64,000 nucleotides of DNA from Bacteroidaceae bacterium (GTDB lineage Bacteria; Bacteroidota; Bacteroidia; Bacteroidales; Bacteroidaceae), in contig JBGVOS010000040.1 in NCBI GenBank assembly GCA_045126595.1, positions 2,467-66,466 of the forward strand, written 5' to 3'. The position numbers and the translations under genes were made by a program. Shown piece by piece: positions 1-10,569 of this stretch (the stretch's first letter is position 1; each line of letters opens with the position of its first letter). The notes beneath the pieces were generated by a model. It was not told where the DNA came from and did not search any database. It was given only the letters and a program-made list of their open reading frames with translations.

Positions 1-411
1 TACAGGGATATTCTTGAGCGGGAGTGCATTACCTATCTCAGGGGCTGCATTCTCACCAGAAACGAGTGTCATACCAACTTGCAATCCGTTAGGAGCAATG
101 ATATATCTCTTTTCACCATCAGCGTAGAACAACAGAGCGATACGAGCCGAACGGTTCGGATCGTATTCAATTGTCTTAACCACTGCGGGAACACCGTCTT
201 TCTCTCTCTTGAAGTCGATGAATCTGAATTTTCTCTTGTGACCGCCACCCATGTAACGCATGGTCATCTTACCAACGTTGTTACGGCCGCCGGTTGAGTT
301 CTTACCACATACAAGAGATTTTTCTGGTACCGATGCAGTAATCTCTTCGAAGGTACCAATAGCTTTGTGTCTCTGCCCCGGTGTTGTGGGCTTAAATGTA
401 CGTACTGCCAT
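1..411 (-). CDS. rplB: 50S ribosomal protein L2, N-terminal part (gene runs off the window start)
   Basis: Own minus-strand translation from the ATG at 409-411 reads [17 protein letters not shown]..., the L2 N-terminus. It follows rplW in canonical S10-operon order. Confidence 0.93.
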   Translation of the reverse strand, partial: MAVRTFKPTTPGQRHKAIGTFEEITASVPEKSLVCGKNSTGGRNNVGKMTMRYMGGGHKRKFRFIDFKREKDGVPAVVKTIEYDPNRSARIALLFYADGEKRYIIAPNGLQVGMTLVSGENAAPEIGNALPLKNIPV

Positions 412-416
412 TTCTA

Positions 417-707
417 TTAAATATTGCTATAAAAATCAATTGTGTCGCCATCCTTGAGAGTTACGATTGCTTTCTTGTAAGCATTTGTACGACCCTTCAA
501 GAGGCCTGACTTTGTCCAACGTGCCTTATTCTTACCGGCATAACGGATTGTATTTACATCTACAACCGTTACATTGTACAAAGCCTCTACTTCGTTCTTA
601 ATCTCCACTTTGTTTGCTTCAGGACTTACAATGAATCCGAAACGATTTGACTTCTCAGTGATAGAAGTCATCTTCTCAGTTACTAAAGGTTTAACGATAA
701 TACCCAT
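417..707 (-). CDS. rplW: 50S ribosomal protein L23
   Basis: 96-aa [21 protein letters not shown]... with the typical L23 sequence and size. It sits between rplD and rplB. Confidence 0.95.
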   Translation of the reverse strand: MGIIVKPLVTEKMTSITEKSNRFGFIVSPEANKVEIKNEVEALYNVTVVDVNTIRYAGKNKARWTKSGLLKGRTNAYKKAIVTLKDGDTIDFYSNI

Positions 708-710
708 TTT

Positions 711-1349
711 TTAAGCCTCCTTATTCATTAAAGTTCCTTCGATAACAGCCAGCGCACTTTCAGTTACAACCATAGCGTCTGCATTCAATACTTGGTATGT
801 ATTCACAGCAGATGCTACAGCCATATCCTGACGCTGTATGTTACGTGCTGACAAATATACGTTTTTATTTGCTTCTGCCAAAACCATAAGCAACTTTTTA
901 TCAGCCACTTTGAGGTTTTTCAGCAATTCTACGTACTGCTTGGTCTTGGGAGCCTCGAAATTGAAATCTTCAACTACCAAAAGAGCGTTCTCCTGAGCCT
1001 TATAAGCCAATGCAGACTTACGAGCCAAGTTCTTCACTTTCTTGTTCAATTTGAAGCCATAATCACGGGGTTGGGGACCGAATACACGGGCACCACCTAC
1101 CAATACAGGAGAGTTGATATCACCACGACGAGCGCCGCCGCCACCCTTCTGACGACCGAGCTTACGTGTTGAACCTGAAATCTCACTTCTTTCTTTTGAC
1201 TTATGAGTACCCTGACGCTGGTTAGCCATATACTGCTTTACATCCAAGTAGATGGCGTGATCATTGGGCTCAATGCCGAAGATAGCATCGTTCAATACGA
1301 CCTTTCTTCCGGTGTCTTCACCTTTAATGTTATATACGCTAACTTCCAT
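711..1349 (-). CDS. rplD: 50S ribosomal protein L4
   Basis: 212-aa ORF with the L4 signature ...[27 protein letters not shown].... Operon position supports the call. Confidence 0.95.
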   Translation of the reverse strand: MEVSVYNIKGEDTGRKVVLNDAIFGIEPNDHAIYLDVKQYMANQRQGTHKSKERSEISGSTRKLGRQKGGGGARRGDINSPVLVGGARVFGPQPRDYGFKLNKKVKNLARKSALAYKAQENALLVVEDFNFEAPKTKQYVELLKNLKVADKKLLMVLAEANKNVYLSARNIQRQDMAVASAVNTYQVLNADAMVVTESALAVIEGTLMNKEA

Positions 1350-1966
1350 TATTTCTCAACAATTACGATTGAACCATTGTAACCGGGAACAGAACCCTTC
1401 ACTACGAGGAGGTTGTTCTCAGGAATTACCTTAATCACTTGCAGGTTATGGATTGTAACACGCTCGTTACCCATGTGACCGGCCATACGCATGCCCTTGA
1501 ATACCTTTGCGGGGTATGAACAAGCACCGATAGAACCCGGTTTACGAGCACGATTGTGCTGACCGTGAGTAGTCTGACCTACACCACCGAAACCATGTCT
1601 TTTAACAACGCCTTGGAAGCCCTTACCCTTTGATGTGCCCACTACAGATACATAATCAGCATCAGCGAACAGATCTACGGTGATAACGTCACCCAAGTTG
1701 TACTCTGTCTCAAAATTCTTGAACTCGGCCAAGTGTCTCTTGGGAGTTACACCAGCTTTCTTGAAGTGGCCCATGAGAGGAGCGCTTGTGTGCTTCTCCT
1801 TCTTGTCCTGGAAGCCTACCTGTACGGCAGCATAGCCATCCTTCTCAACACTCTTTACCTGTGTAACTGTACAAGGACCTACTTCGATAACAGTGCATGG
1901 AACATTCTTACCATCGGCACTGAAAACGGATGTCATTCCGATTTTTTTTCCTAATAATCCTGGCAT
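1349..1966 (-). CDS. rplC: 50S ribosomal protein L3
   Basis: 205-aa [18 protein letters not shown]...[15 protein letters not shown], the classic L3 sequence. Confidence 0.96.
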   Translation of the reverse strand: MPGLLGKKIGMTSVFSADGKNVPCTVIEVGPCTVTQVKSVEKDGYAAVQVGFQDKKEKHTSAPLMGHFKKAGVTPKRHLAEFKNFETEYNLGDVITVDLFADADYVSVVGTSKGKGFQGVVKRHGFGGVGQTTHGQHNRARKPGSIGACSYPAKVFKGMRMAGHMGNERVTIHNLQVIKVIPENNLLVVKGSVPGYNGSIVIVEK

Positions 1967-1996
1967 TTCAGTTAAATTTTAAATTGTTTGTTTTAA

Positions 1997-2302
1997 TCAC
2001 ACTTTGATTTCTACTTCCACTCCACTGGGCAACTCGAGCTTCATGAGCGCATCAACGGTCTTAGCTGTAGAGCTATAGATGTCGATGAGTCTCTTGTAAG
2101 AAGAGAGTTGGAACTGTTCACGTGACTTCTTGTTTACGAAAGTCGAACGGTTTACTGTAAAGATTCTCTTGTGTGTAGGCAAGGGGATAGGACCGCTAAC
2201 GATAGCACCTGTAGCCTTCACAGTCTTTACGATCTTCTCAGCTGACTTGTCAACCAAGTTGTGGTCGTAAGATTTCAGTTTAATTCTAATTTTTTGACTC
2301 AT
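1997..2302 (-). CDS. rpsJ: 30S ribosomal protein S10
   Basis: 101-aa [28 protein letters not shown]...SGPIPLPT, matching S10. Confidence 0.96.
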   Translation of the reverse strand: MSQKIRIKLKSYDHNLVDKSAEKIVKTVKATGAIVSGPIPLPTHKRIFTVNRSTFVNKKSREQFQLSSYKRLIDIYSSTAKTVDALMKLELPSGVEVEIKV

Positions 2303-2342
2303 TAGTGTTTTAAGTTAATAATTATATAATATAATAAGGAAT

Positions 2343-2372
2343 GGCCGATTAAGAGTCATTCGCTAATCGGCC
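2343..2372 (-). terminator. Hairpin between fusA and rpsJ (attenuator/terminator-like)
   Basis: ggccgatta-12 nt loop-taatcggcc, a 9-bp stem. Confidence 0.35.
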
Positions 2373-2387
2373 TTTCCATTTTCATTT

Positions 2388-4505
2388 TTATACGAGGTCT
2401 GCACGTCCACCGTTCTCTTCGAGCACGGCCTTTGCAATCTGACGGCTTACTGCTGCGTGATGGTCGTAAGTCATGGTTGATGTAGCGCGACCAGAGGTGA
2501 TGCTACGGAGAGCGGTTACATAACCGAACATCTCTGCCAAGGGCACCTTAGCCTTTACTACACGAGCGCCTGAACGGCTGCTCTCCATACCCTCTACCTG
2601 ACCGCGACGCTTGTTCAGGTCACCGATAACGTCACCCATGTTCTCCTCGGGAGTAACAACCTCGAGACGCATGATGGGCTCCATGATCTGAGGAGCAGCC
2701 TTAGCGCATGCATTCTTGAAGGCCTGGATAGCGCAGATTTCGAATGACAGCTGGTCAGAGTCTACGGGGTGGAATGAACCATCGACGAGAGTAACCTTGA
2801 GTGAATCGAGGGGATAGCCACCGAGGATACCGTTACGCATAGCGGTCTGGAAGCCCTTCTGTACGGCGGGGATGAATTCGCTAGGAACGTTACCACCCTT
2901 CACCTCATTCACGAACTGAAGACCACCCTGTGTCCAATCCTCATCAACGGGACCAACCTTAACGATGATATCAGCGAACTTACCGCGACCACCTGACTGC
3001 TTCTTGTAAACCTCACGGAGCTCAACAGTCTGAGAGATTGCCTCCTTGTAGCTAACCTGGGGACGACCCTGGTTACACTCTACGTTGAACTCGCGCTTGA
3101 GACGGTCGATGATGATATCCAAGTGGAGCTCACCCATACCAGAGATTACGGTCTGACCAGTCTGCTCGTCGGTCTTAACGGTAAATGTGGGGTCCTCCTC
3201 GGCGAGCTTAGCCAAGCCGTTAGAGAGCTTGTCCACATCCTTCTGAGACTTGGGCTCTACAGCGATACCGATAACGGGATCGGGGAAGTCCATAGACTCG
3301 AGCATTACAGAGAGTGACTCATCGCAAAGAGTATCACCAGTGCGGATATCCTTGAAACCTACACCAGCACCGATATCACCGGCAGCGATGCAGTCAACGG
3401 GAGTCTGCTTGTTCGAGAACATCTGGAAGATACGTGATACGCGCTCCTTCTTACCAGAACGGGGGTTGTAAACGTATGAACCAGCGGTTACGCAACCAGA
3501 GTATACGCGGAAGAATACCAAACGACCTACATAGGGGTCAACGGCAATCTTAAATGCGAGGGCTGTGGTTTTCTCATCCTCCTGAGTCTTGAGCTCTACC
3601 ACGTCACCAGTAGAAGAGTCTGTGCACTCTACAGTAGGCTGGTCGATGGGTGAAGGCAAGAATGCGCAAACGTAGTCAAGCAAGGTCTGTACGCCCTTGT
3701 TCTTGAATGAAGAACCGCAGAGCATCGGAACGAGCTCCATCTTCAAGCAACCGATACGAGCACACTTGATGATCTCCTCCTCAGTTACTGAATCGGGATC
3801 GTCGAGGTACTTCATCATCACCTCGTCGTCGAACTCAGCTACCTTGTCGAGCAAGTTCTCACGCCATTTGATAGCCTCATCCATCATGTCAGCGGGAATC
3901 TCCTCTACAGAGTAGTCAGCACCCATGGTTTCATCGTGCCAGAGGATAGCCTTCATCTTGATAAGGTCAACTACACCCTTAAAGTTGAACTCAGCACCGA
4001 TAGGAATTACAACGGGGCAAGGATTAGCACCGAGAACGGTCTTCATCTGGTTTACCACGCTGTAGAAGTCAGCACCCTGACGGTCCATCTTATTTACATA
4101 AGCGATACGGGGTACGTTGTACTTATCAGCCTGACGCCATACAGTCTCCGACTGGGGCTCTACACCACCTACTGCACAGTAAGCAGCAACAGCACCATCA
4201 AGGATACGCAAGCAACGCTCTACCTCAGCGGTAAAGTCAACGTGTCCCGGGGTGTCGATAAGGTTGATCTTGTACTGAGTACCATTCCATTTCCAACGAG
4301 TGGTAGTAGCAGCCGATGTGATAGTGATACCACGCTCCTGCTCCTGAGCCATCCAGTCCATGGTAGCTGCACCATCGTGCACCTCACCAATCTTGTGAGT
4401 CAGACCGGTATAGAAAAGGATACGCTCTGATGTGGTAGTCTTACCAGCATCGATGTGCGCCATGATACCGATATTTCTCGTCAGTGATAAATCTTGTTTT
4501 GCCAT
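2388..4505 (-). CDS. fusA: Elongation factor G
   Basis: 705-aa ORF with G1 [17 protein letters not shown] and NKMD motifs. It lies downstream of rpsG. Confidence 0.97.
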   Translation of the reverse strand: MAKQDLSLTRNIGIMAHIDAGKTTTSERILFYTGLTHKIGEVHDGAATMDWMAQEQERGITITSAATTTRWKWNGTQYKINLIDTPGHVDFTAEVERCLRILDGAVAAYCAVGGVEPQSETVWRQADKYNVPRIAYVNKMDRQGADFYSVVNQMKTVLGANPCPVVIPIGAEFNFKGVVDLIKMKAILWHDETMGADYSVEEIPADMMDEAIKWRENLLDKVAEFDDEVMMKYLDDPDSVTEEEIIKCARIGCLKMELVPMLCGSSFKNKGVQTLLDYVCAFLPSPIDQPTVECTDSSTGDVVELKTQEDEKTTALAFKIAVDPYVGRLVFFRVYSGCVTAGSYVYNPRSGKKERVSRIFQMFSNKQTPVDCIAAGDIGAGVGFKDIRTGDTLCDESLSVMLESMDFPDPVIGIAVEPKSQKDVDKLSNGLAKLAEEDPTFTVKTDEQTGQTVISGMGELHLDIIIDRLKREFNVECNQGRPQVSYKEAISQTVELREVYKKQSGGRGKFADIIVKVGPVDEDWTQGGLQFVNEVKGGNVPSEFIPAVQKGFQTAMRNGILGGYPLDSLKVTLVDGSFHPVDSDQLSFEICAIQAFKNACAKAAPQIMEPIMRLEVVTPEENMGDVIGDLNKRRGQVEGMESSRSGARVVKAKVPLAEMFGYVTALRSITSGRATSTMTYDHHAAVSRQIAKAVLEENGGRADLV

Positions 4506-4537
4506 TTATAAAACGTATTAAATAGTCCTTACCGAAA

Positions 4538-5014
4538 TTAGAATCTGAAGTGAGCGAATGCACGGTTAGCCTCAGCCATGCGGTGCATATCCTCCTTACG
4601 CTTGAAGGCACCACCCTGGTTGTTGAATGCATCGAGAATCTCAGAAGAGAGCTTGTCAGCCATGGTCTTACCACCACGCTTGCGAGCGTAGAGGATCATA
4701 TTCTTCATGCTGATAGACTCCTTACGGTCAGCGCGGATCTCAGTGGGCACCTGATAGGTAGCACCGCCGATACGACGTGACTTAACCTCAACTTGGGGAG
4801 TAATGTTATCAAGGGCTTTCTTCCAGATTTCGAGAGCAGAGAGCTCAGAATCAGACATTTTTGCCTTCACCTTGTCGAGTGAAGCGTAAAAGATCTCGTA
4901 AGAGATGTTCTTCTTACCATCGTACATGAGATGGTTAACGAACTTAGATACTTTTACATCGTTAAATACGGGATCCGGAAGGACCATACGTTTTTTTGGT
5001 TTTGCTTTTCTCAT
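4538..5014 (-). CDS. rpsG: 30S ribosomal protein S7
   Basis: 158-aa [28 protein letters not shown], matching S7. Confidence 0.96.
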   Translation of the reverse strand: MRKAKPKKRMVLPDPVFNDVKVSKFVNHLMYDGKKNISYEIFYASLDKVKAKMSDSELSALEIWKKALDNITPQVEVKSRRIGGATYQVPTEIRADRKESISMKNMILYARKRGGKTMADKLSSEILDAFNNQGGAFKRKEDMHRMAEANRAFAHFRF

Positions 5015-5213
5015 TTCTTTCTTGAAAAGTTTTTGTTTTCGTTTGGGGCTGCATTTTTGTTTTCTTCAACACCCACTCTTGGGCATTTACTCAACCTTTA
5101 TAGCTTATCCAACAAACCAAAACGTAGTTAATTTACTGTGTTTTTAAGTTTTGAGGGCTTTAACCTCAGACTGCGCACTTACGCAGCCGCGTTGATCAAT
5201 AAGCTGTTATGGC

Positions 5214-5594
5214 TTACTTCTTAGCTTTGGGGCGCTTAGCACCGTACTTAGAACGACGCTGGAGACGGTTAGCAACACCGGCGGTATCCAATGTACCACG
5301 AACGATGTGATAACGTACACCAGGGAGGTCCTTCACACGACCACCGCGTACCAATACGATTGAGTGCTCCTGCAAGTTGTGGCCTTCACCGGGGATGTAA
5401 GAGTTAACTTCCTTCTGGTTTGTCAAGCGCACACGTGCTACTTTTCTCATTGCTGAGTTAGGCTTCTTAGGTGTAGTTGTGTACACACGAGTGCAAACAC
5501 CACGACGCTGGGGACAGCTGTCCAAAGCGGGTGATTTGCTCTTGTCTGCAAGCACCTGTCTGCCTTTTCTAACTAATTGTTGAATTGTTGGCAT
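5214..5594 (-). CDS. rpsL: 30S ribosomal protein S12
   Basis: 126-aa [15 protein letters not shown]...PKKPNSA.RKV.RVRL.N, matching S12. Confidence 0.96.
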   Translation of the reverse strand: MPTIQQLVRKGRQVLADKSKSPALDSCPQRRGVCTRVYTTTPKKPNSAMRKVARVRLTNQKEVNSYIPGEGHNLQEHSIVLVRGGRVKDLPGVRYHIVRGTLDTAGVANRLQRRSKYGAKRPKAKK

Positions 5595-5676
5595 TTTGTT
5601 AATTTTTAATTATTTATAGTTTAATATAGTTGTCTTTTTCATGCGAGCGGACACAGTCCACTCCATATTCGGGGTG

Positions 5677-5684
5677 CAAAGTTA
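5677..5684 (-). promoter_or_regulatory. Bacteroidetes -7 promoter box (TAnnTTTG, seen as CAAAgtTA) upstream of rpsL
   Basis: ggtgCAAAGTTAgtgg, 83 nt upstream of the rpsL ATG. Confidence 0.5.
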
Positions 5685-5802
5685 GTGGTTTTCTTCCGAT
5701 TGGCCAACTAATCTTGCTATTTTTTTCAAAGAAAATGTGTTGTATAACATTTTTAGTCGTAAGTGCATACCTTATAAAACGCAAGAATAAAGCAAAATTC
5801 AG

Positions 5803-5870
5803 CCGTGTCATCCTGAGCACAACGAAGAACCTTCAAGTCGCCGTTAAAGGCAATCCCGTTCAGGACTTAC
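5803..5870. repeat. REP/MITE-like palindromic element, degenerate copy (GTGTCATCCTGAGC...CGTTCAGGAC)
   Basis: The left arm gtgtcatcctgagcacaacgaagaacc matches the family consensus. The right arm is decayed. Confidence 0.55.
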
Positions 5871-5948
5871 AAAATACAATTGCGAGAAGCTTCACGCTGT
5901 TCAGCATGCATAGGTCTTTGAGCAGCACCTATATACTACCTTATTATA

Positions 5949-6830
5949 TCATTTATTTCTTTTTCTGCTCCAACGATTATGCGTCCACAGCCACATGTGA
6001 GGTTGTGCCTTGACGTCTTCTTCCAACATCTTCATATAGCTCTTGCTATAGCCATACTCATCGCCTTCGATGGGCTCTATCGGATGATACGTCAGTTCAT
6101 AGTATCCACGGCGCACACACTTCATGCTACCATATACAAAATGAGCATTGAGTTTGCGGCCCATACCCTCGCCCCCCGTAATAATCGGAGTATCCTGATT
6201 GAGAAAGTCCATCCACTCGGGTTCAGGCCTCCAAGGCGGACGTTGATCAGCAATGAGTCCGAGCAGAATCTGTTTACCCTCACGTACCCTTGTGATGATA
6301 TAGCGCAAGGCCTGCTTTTGAGGCACACCCACGGAATGGAAACGGCTACGCAACCGGAACATCAGCCTGTCCACCACCTTATCTTTAAGCGGATGATAGA
6401 TCTGCACGGCCTCAAGGTCGGGGTGTGACCACAGCGTGATAGAGATGACATATTCCCAGTTGCAGTGATGTCCCAAATAGAGGAAAATGGGGCGACCATC
6501 CTCTCGCAATTGCTCCACATACTCAGGATTCGTGAAGCAAAGACGACGCTTCATCTGCTTGTCTGAGATATGCATCAATTTGATTGTCTCTACCAAATAA
6601 TCACAGAAATGTCGGTAAAACCGCTTTTCTATCTCCACAATCTCCTGCTCCGGCTTCTCGGGGAAAGCGTTCATGAGATTCTTACGGGTGACCGTGCGAC
6701 GATACCCCACTATATAATATACTATAGGATAAAGCACACTACTCAGCGCATGCAACACCCAGTAGGGCCAAATGGCCAATGCCTTGACAGCCACAAACAG
6801 CAGACAATATTTGATTTTATCCTTCATCAT
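5949..6830 (-). CDS. Lipid A biosynthesis (LpxL/HtrB-type) lysophospholipid acyltransferase family protein
   Basis: 293-aa ORF with an N-terminal membrane anchor and an HHCNWE motif (the H(X)4[DE] acyltransferase box). The layout is that of late lipid A acyltransferases. Confidence 0.75.
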   Translation of the reverse strand: MMKDKIKYCLLFVAVKALAIWPYWVLHALSSVLYPIVYYIVGYRRTVTRKNLMNAFPEKPEQEIVEIEKRFYRHFCDYLVETIKLMHISDKQMKRRLCFTNPEYVEQLREDGRPIFLYLGHHCNWEYVISITLWSHPDLEAVQIYHPLKDKVVDRLMFRLRSRFHSVGVPQKQALRYIITRVREGKQILLGLIADQRPPWRPEPEWMDFLNQDTPIITGGEGMGRKLNAHFVYGSMKCVRRGYYELTYHPIEPIEGDEYGYSKSYMKMLEEDVKAQPHMWLWTHNRWSRKRNK

Positions 6831-6849
6831 TAACAGTCAATCGCCCTCG

Positions 6850-7374
6850 TCAATCGTTTTCCTCCTTATACCACGACGCATACATCAAGTATTGTCGTGC
6901 GATGCGTTGGTTGAGTTCTCGGCTCTGCTCGGGGTCCACCTTCTTGACAAACTTGGCCGGTACGCCGGCCCACAACTCATTGGGGCCAACAACAGTCCCC
7001 GAGGTTACCACAGCGCCAGCCGCCACGATAGCCCCCTCGCCCACCACCACATGGTCGAGCAGCGTAGAACCCATACCGATGAGTGCATTATCTTTCACCG
7101 CAGCGCCGTGAATGGTTACGTTATGCCCTACAGAGACGTTGTCACCAATCTCGATGGTCGACTTTTGGTACAGCGTATGCAACACACTGCCATCCTGTAT
7201 GTTCACCCCATTACCTATGCGTATGCTGTTGACATCGCCCCTCAGCACAGCACCAAACCAAATGCTACAGTCGCGGCCCATCACCACATCCCCAATGACG
7301 GCAGCATTGTCTGCCAAGTAGCAGTTCTCCCCTATCTCGGGTGTGAAGCCTCGTACCGATTTTATGATTGCCAT
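6850..7374 (-). CDS. Gamma-carbonic-anhydrase-like / hexapeptide-repeat (LbH) family protein
   Basis: Starts at the internal ATG (cat at 7372-7374) giving MAIIKSVRGFTPEIGENCYLADNAAVIGDV.... Left-handed beta-helix hexapeptide repeats run throughout. The longer 209-aa ORF-track version adds an implausible leader. Confidence 0.8.
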   Translation of the reverse strand: MAIIKSVRGFTPEIGENCYLADNAAVIGDVVMGRDCSIWFGAVLRGDVNSIRIGNGVNIQDGSVLHTLYQKSTIEIGDNVSVGHNVTIHGAAVKDNALIGMGSTLLDHVVVGEGAIVAAGAVVTSGTVVGPNELWAGVPAKFVKKVDPEQSRELNQRIARQYLMYASWYKEEND

Positions 7375-7516
7375 AATTGTTATATAAATAGGAGTGCGAA
7401 AATAGCGTAAAAGCATCTCTAATCCAAAAAAAACGGCATAAATTTTCGGCACAACAGCTATAGTTCTACTGATCAACAAAGGCTTTTCCCCTGACGGACA
7501 AAGAGAAAAAATCGTT

Positions 7517-7594
7517 CCTCCGCGGAGGTGATTTCGTCCCTCCGCGGAGGGGACAAGTTGTCTCCGCGAAGGGAATATAGAACCTCCGCGGAGA
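7517..7594. repeat. Four 12-nt palindromes CCTCCGCGGAGG phased exactly every 22 nt
   Basis: Cores at 7517, 7539, 7561 (tctccgcgaagg) and 7583 (cctccgcggaga), each followed by a unique 10-nt spacer. Confidence 0.85.
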
Positions 7595-7811
7595 GATGAA
7601 AAATTACAGCTACATCTTTTGAAAGTTGGTAGGCTGCGATATAGCTATCGCAGAGGGAGAAATCATAATTATTGCCAACAAGAATGACCGATACCCTCCG
7701 CAACGGGGTATCGGTCGATAACCACCATAGTTTCTGACAGTTACACAAAGCTACCGACACCTTGACTAAAAAAGCCTTTAGAAATAATATCGCAGTGGGG
7801 ACATTTACAGA

Positions 7812-8276
7812 CTACCCTACCCACCTTGCCACGCCCAACGCCGAGAGCAGCACGGTCGCATAGCGCAGGGTGCGCCCGATAATCATGGTGAGATTGGTGA
7901 GGATCGGGTTACTACGCATCATACCCAATGTGAGCAAGAGGGCATCGCCAATGATGGGGAGCCAGCAGAAGAAGCCCATCCATGCGCCCCAGCGCGTCAC
8001 CCAACGGCGAGTACGCTGCATGTATTGTTCCTTAATTTTGAATTTTCGTTGTACCCAATCGGGATTAGCCAACCGACCGAGGCAGTAGCACGAGATGCCA
8101 CCCAGGGTGTTGCCTACCGAAGCGGCGAGCAGCAGCATCCAAGGGTCTACGCCCACGGCAAGCAGGGCAATCATTACCGTCTCGCTGCTAAAGGCAATCA
8201 CACTGCCAGCCAAGAAGGCGGCGATGAACATACCCCAAGGGCCATAGCTGACGAGTACGTCAAAGAGTTGTTCCAT
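7812..8276 (-). CDS. YqaA/DedA-related small inner-membrane protein
   Basis: Begins MEQLFDVLVSYGPWGMFIAAFLAGSV.AFSSE... (cat at 8274-8276) and has 4 TM segments, a YqaA-like pattern. The upstream extension in the ORF track overlaps the preceding gene. Confidence 0.65.
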   Translation of the reverse strand: MEQLFDVLVSYGPWGMFIAAFLAGSVIAFSSETVMIALLAVGVDPWMLLLAASVGNTLGGISCYCLGRLANPDWVQRKFKIKEQYMQRTRRWVTRWGAWMGFFCWLPIIGDALLLTLGMMRSNPILTNLTMIIGRTLRYATVLLSALGVARWVG

Positions 8277-9192
8277 AAGTATAGCCAAGCGTGAGGAGCC
8301 AAGCAAATAACAGCACGACGAGGTAGATGTTCTTGGCCCGTGTAACATTGCGGGCAAAAAAGATTGAGCCAAGGAGCGAAACATAGAGCAACACGCCGGG
8401 GAACAACGCCGAATAGAATTTAGGGAACAGACAGAGAGTGATCAGAAGCAGCACAAGCAAGGCAATGAGCATGCGGAACCCCGCGCTGGCCTGCTGCCTC
8501 ATGGTACGGTCAAGTATTATCGTCACACTGCCCGGTACGGCCAGTAGCAAAGCCCACAGCAGTTGCGCCCAAAGCAAGGGGCCATCCAAAACCGGTGCTA
8601 CAGACACCGAAGGGAGTATCTCCCCGCAGCAATGGGTGATTAAGTCGGTCCGGTCAACAAGGAAAAGCACACTACCCGCCACCCAATAAGGCAGCAGCAA
8701 TCCCCAAAGGGCTGCAAAGAAGGTGCGCCCATGCAGCGATTCCATAAAAGCGCCACACAGCACCAAGCAAGGGAGTGTCAACAATAGCGAGGGAGCCAGC
8801 AGGCATTCCACCCCCACCAAAGCAAAAGCGAGGAAGTAGCGGCCCATAGCATTGCGGTCGCGGTAAGTGCGCAACAAGATGTAGCAGGCTGTGGGCAACA
8901 ACACCAGATGTACTGCATCCACTCCTACCGGAACCAACTGAGGAGCTATAGTACAGGCCATGAAGAAGAGTGTAGCAGACAAGCCACTCTTGACATCGCC
9001 AAACGAGAGTTCACGTTCCACCTTCACCGACAGCCAACCAACAAGGATACATAGCATCAGGCCGAGGCTGTCGGCTGCACCGATTCCCCCGCCCCATTCT
9101 ACAGCATGCATAACCCATGCAGCAATACACAACAAGGCGGCAATGTATGCTGCCGCCTTACTGTGTACGATGAAATGGACGATTTTCTTCAT
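8260..9192 (-). CDS. Polytopic membrane protein of unknown function
   Basis: 310-aa ORF with about 8-9 hydrophobic helices. It is packed tightly between purD and the YqaA-like gene. I recognise no family. Confidence 0.55.
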   Translation of the reverse strand: MKKIVHFIVHSKAAAYIAALLCIAAWVMHAVEWGGGIGAADSLGLMLCILVGWLSVKVERELSFGDVKSGLSATLFFMACTIAPQLVPVGVDAVHLVLLPTACYILLRTYRDRNAMGRYFLAFALVGVECLLAPSLLLTLPCLVLCGAFMESLHGRTFFAALWGLLLPYWVAGSVLFLVDRTDLITHCCGEILPSVSVAPVLDGPLLWAQLLWALLLAVPGSVTIILDRTMRQQASAGFRMLIALLVLLLITLCLFPKFYSALFPGVLLYVSLLGSIFFARNVTRAKNIYLVVLLFAWLLTLGYTYGTTL

Positions 9193-10463
9193 TACAGGAT
9201 GTCCTTACCTATATCGCTACGGCAATACATATCGGTAAAGTGCAGTGCCTGTGCATTTTTGAACGACATGGCCAACGCTTCGAGTTGGGTTTCGCCATAC
9301 GAGCTTACAGCGATGACGCGACCACCGTTGGTCACTACCTGTCCATCCTTCACGGTCGTTCCGGCATGGAAGAGGTAGCTTCCATCCACCTTATCAAAGC
9401 CGGTGATAGGATAACCCTTCTTGTAATCGCCGGGGTAGCCGCCCGATACAAGCATCACGCAGACAGCTGAGCGGGGATCAAACTCAATAGCACGCTCACC
9501 GAGGTTGCCCTGAGCCACACCTTCGAAGAGATCCACGATGTCACTCTTCAAGCGCAGCATCACGCTCTCGGTCTCGGGGTCACCCATACGCACGTTATAC
9601 TCGATCACCATCGGCTCGCCCTTCACATTGATGAGTCCGAAGAAAATGAAACCCTTGTAGTCGATACCCTCGGCAGCCAGGCCCTCCACAGTGGGACGCA
9701 CGATGCGCTCCTCTACCTTCTGCATCCACTCGGGAGTAGCAAACGGCACGGGAGAGATAGAGCCCATACCACCGGTATTGAGACCTGTGTCACCCTCACC
9801 AATGCGCTTGTAGTCCTTCGCCTCGGGCAGGAGCTTGTAGTGGGTACCGTCGGTGAGCACGAACACCGAGCACTCTACGCCACTGAGGAACTCCTCGATG
9901 ACCACGCTTGCCGAAGCCGAGCCGAACATACCGCCCAGCATCTCGCTGAGCTCCTTCTCGGCCTCCTCGATGGTGTCGAGGATGAGCACACCCTTACCAG
10001 CACAGAGGCCATCGGCCTTCAACACATAGGGAGCCTCAAGAGTGTGGAGGAAGGCGATACCCTCGTTCAGTGTATCTTGAGTAAAAGTCTGATAACGTGC
10101 TGTGGGAATGTTATGACGCATCATGAAAGCCTTGGCAAAATCCTTGCTGCCTTCGAGCGTAGCGCCCTCCTTGGAGGGACCGATAACGGGGATGTTCTTC
10201 AACTGCTCATCGTCGCGGAAGAAGTCGTAGACACCCTTCACCAACGGATCCTCGGGACCAACGACCACCATGTTTACATCGTTGGCAAGCACAAAGGCCT
10301 TGATACCCTCGAAGTCGGTAGCCGAGAGCGCTACGTTTTCACCCACCTCGCCCGTTCCGGCATTGCCGGGAGCAATAAACAATTTTTCTACTTTCGGACT
10401 CTGGCTAATCTTCCAAGCCAAGGCATGCTCGCGTCCTCCACTGCCTAATAATAATATCTTCAT
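9192..10463 (-). CDS. purD: Phosphoribosylamine--glycine ligase
   Basis: Starts [23 protein letters not shown] (cat at 10461-10463), the PurD N-terminus, with an ATP-grasp body. The 453-aa ORF-track version carries a 30-aa spurious extension. Confidence 0.93.
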   Translation of the reverse strand: MKILLLGSGGREHALAWKISQSPKVEKLFIAPGNAGTGEVGENVALSATDFEGIKAFVLANDVNMVVVGPEDPLVKGVYDFFRDDEQLKNIPVIGPSKEGATLEGSKDFAKAFMMRHNIPTARYQTFTQDTLNEGIAFLHTLEAPYVLKADGLCAGKGVLILDTIEEAEKELSEMLGGMFGSASASVVIEEFLSGVECSVFVLTDGTHYKLLPEAKDYKRIGEGDTGLNTGGMGSISPVPFATPEWMQKVEERIVRPTVEGLAAEGIDYKGFIFFGLINVKGEPMVIEYNVRMGDPETESVMLRLKSDIVDLFEGVAQGNLGERAIEFDPRSAVCVMLVSGGYPGDYKKGYPITGFDKVDGSYLFHAGTTVKDGQVVTNGGRVIAVSSYGETQLEALAMSFKNAQALHFTDMYCRSDIGKDIL

Positions 10464-10569
10464 ACGCTTTACTAATTCTATTTCGGGGAAATAAGCCATT
10501 TTTTCCTTAGCGATATACTCAGGAGCAAGATTTCTGATGCCGATTTCCATCATAATTCCTATTTATACA

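Noticed and set aside
7473-7760. 95-aa minus-strand ORF in the gap between the hexapeptide-repeat gene and the YqaA-like gene
   Set aside because: Its sequence is generated by the four CCTCCGCGGAGG palindromes and two hairpins (repetitive SAE/PPRR segments). It has no recognisable family or start context. Treated as non-coding repeat/structure.
9192-10553. N-terminally extended ORF-track versions of purD (to 10553), nadB (to 16755), argR (to 13592), the hexapeptide-repeat protein (to 7479), the YqaA-like protein (to 8384), the acyltransferase (to 52371), GT2 (to 56522), the Lrp/AsnC gene (from 19763), fur (to 33175), tex (to 25503) and the four-helix-bundle gene (to 47536)
   Set aside because: Family-typical N-termini begin at internal ATGs. 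The extensions run through promoter boxes, repeats or the preceding gene.
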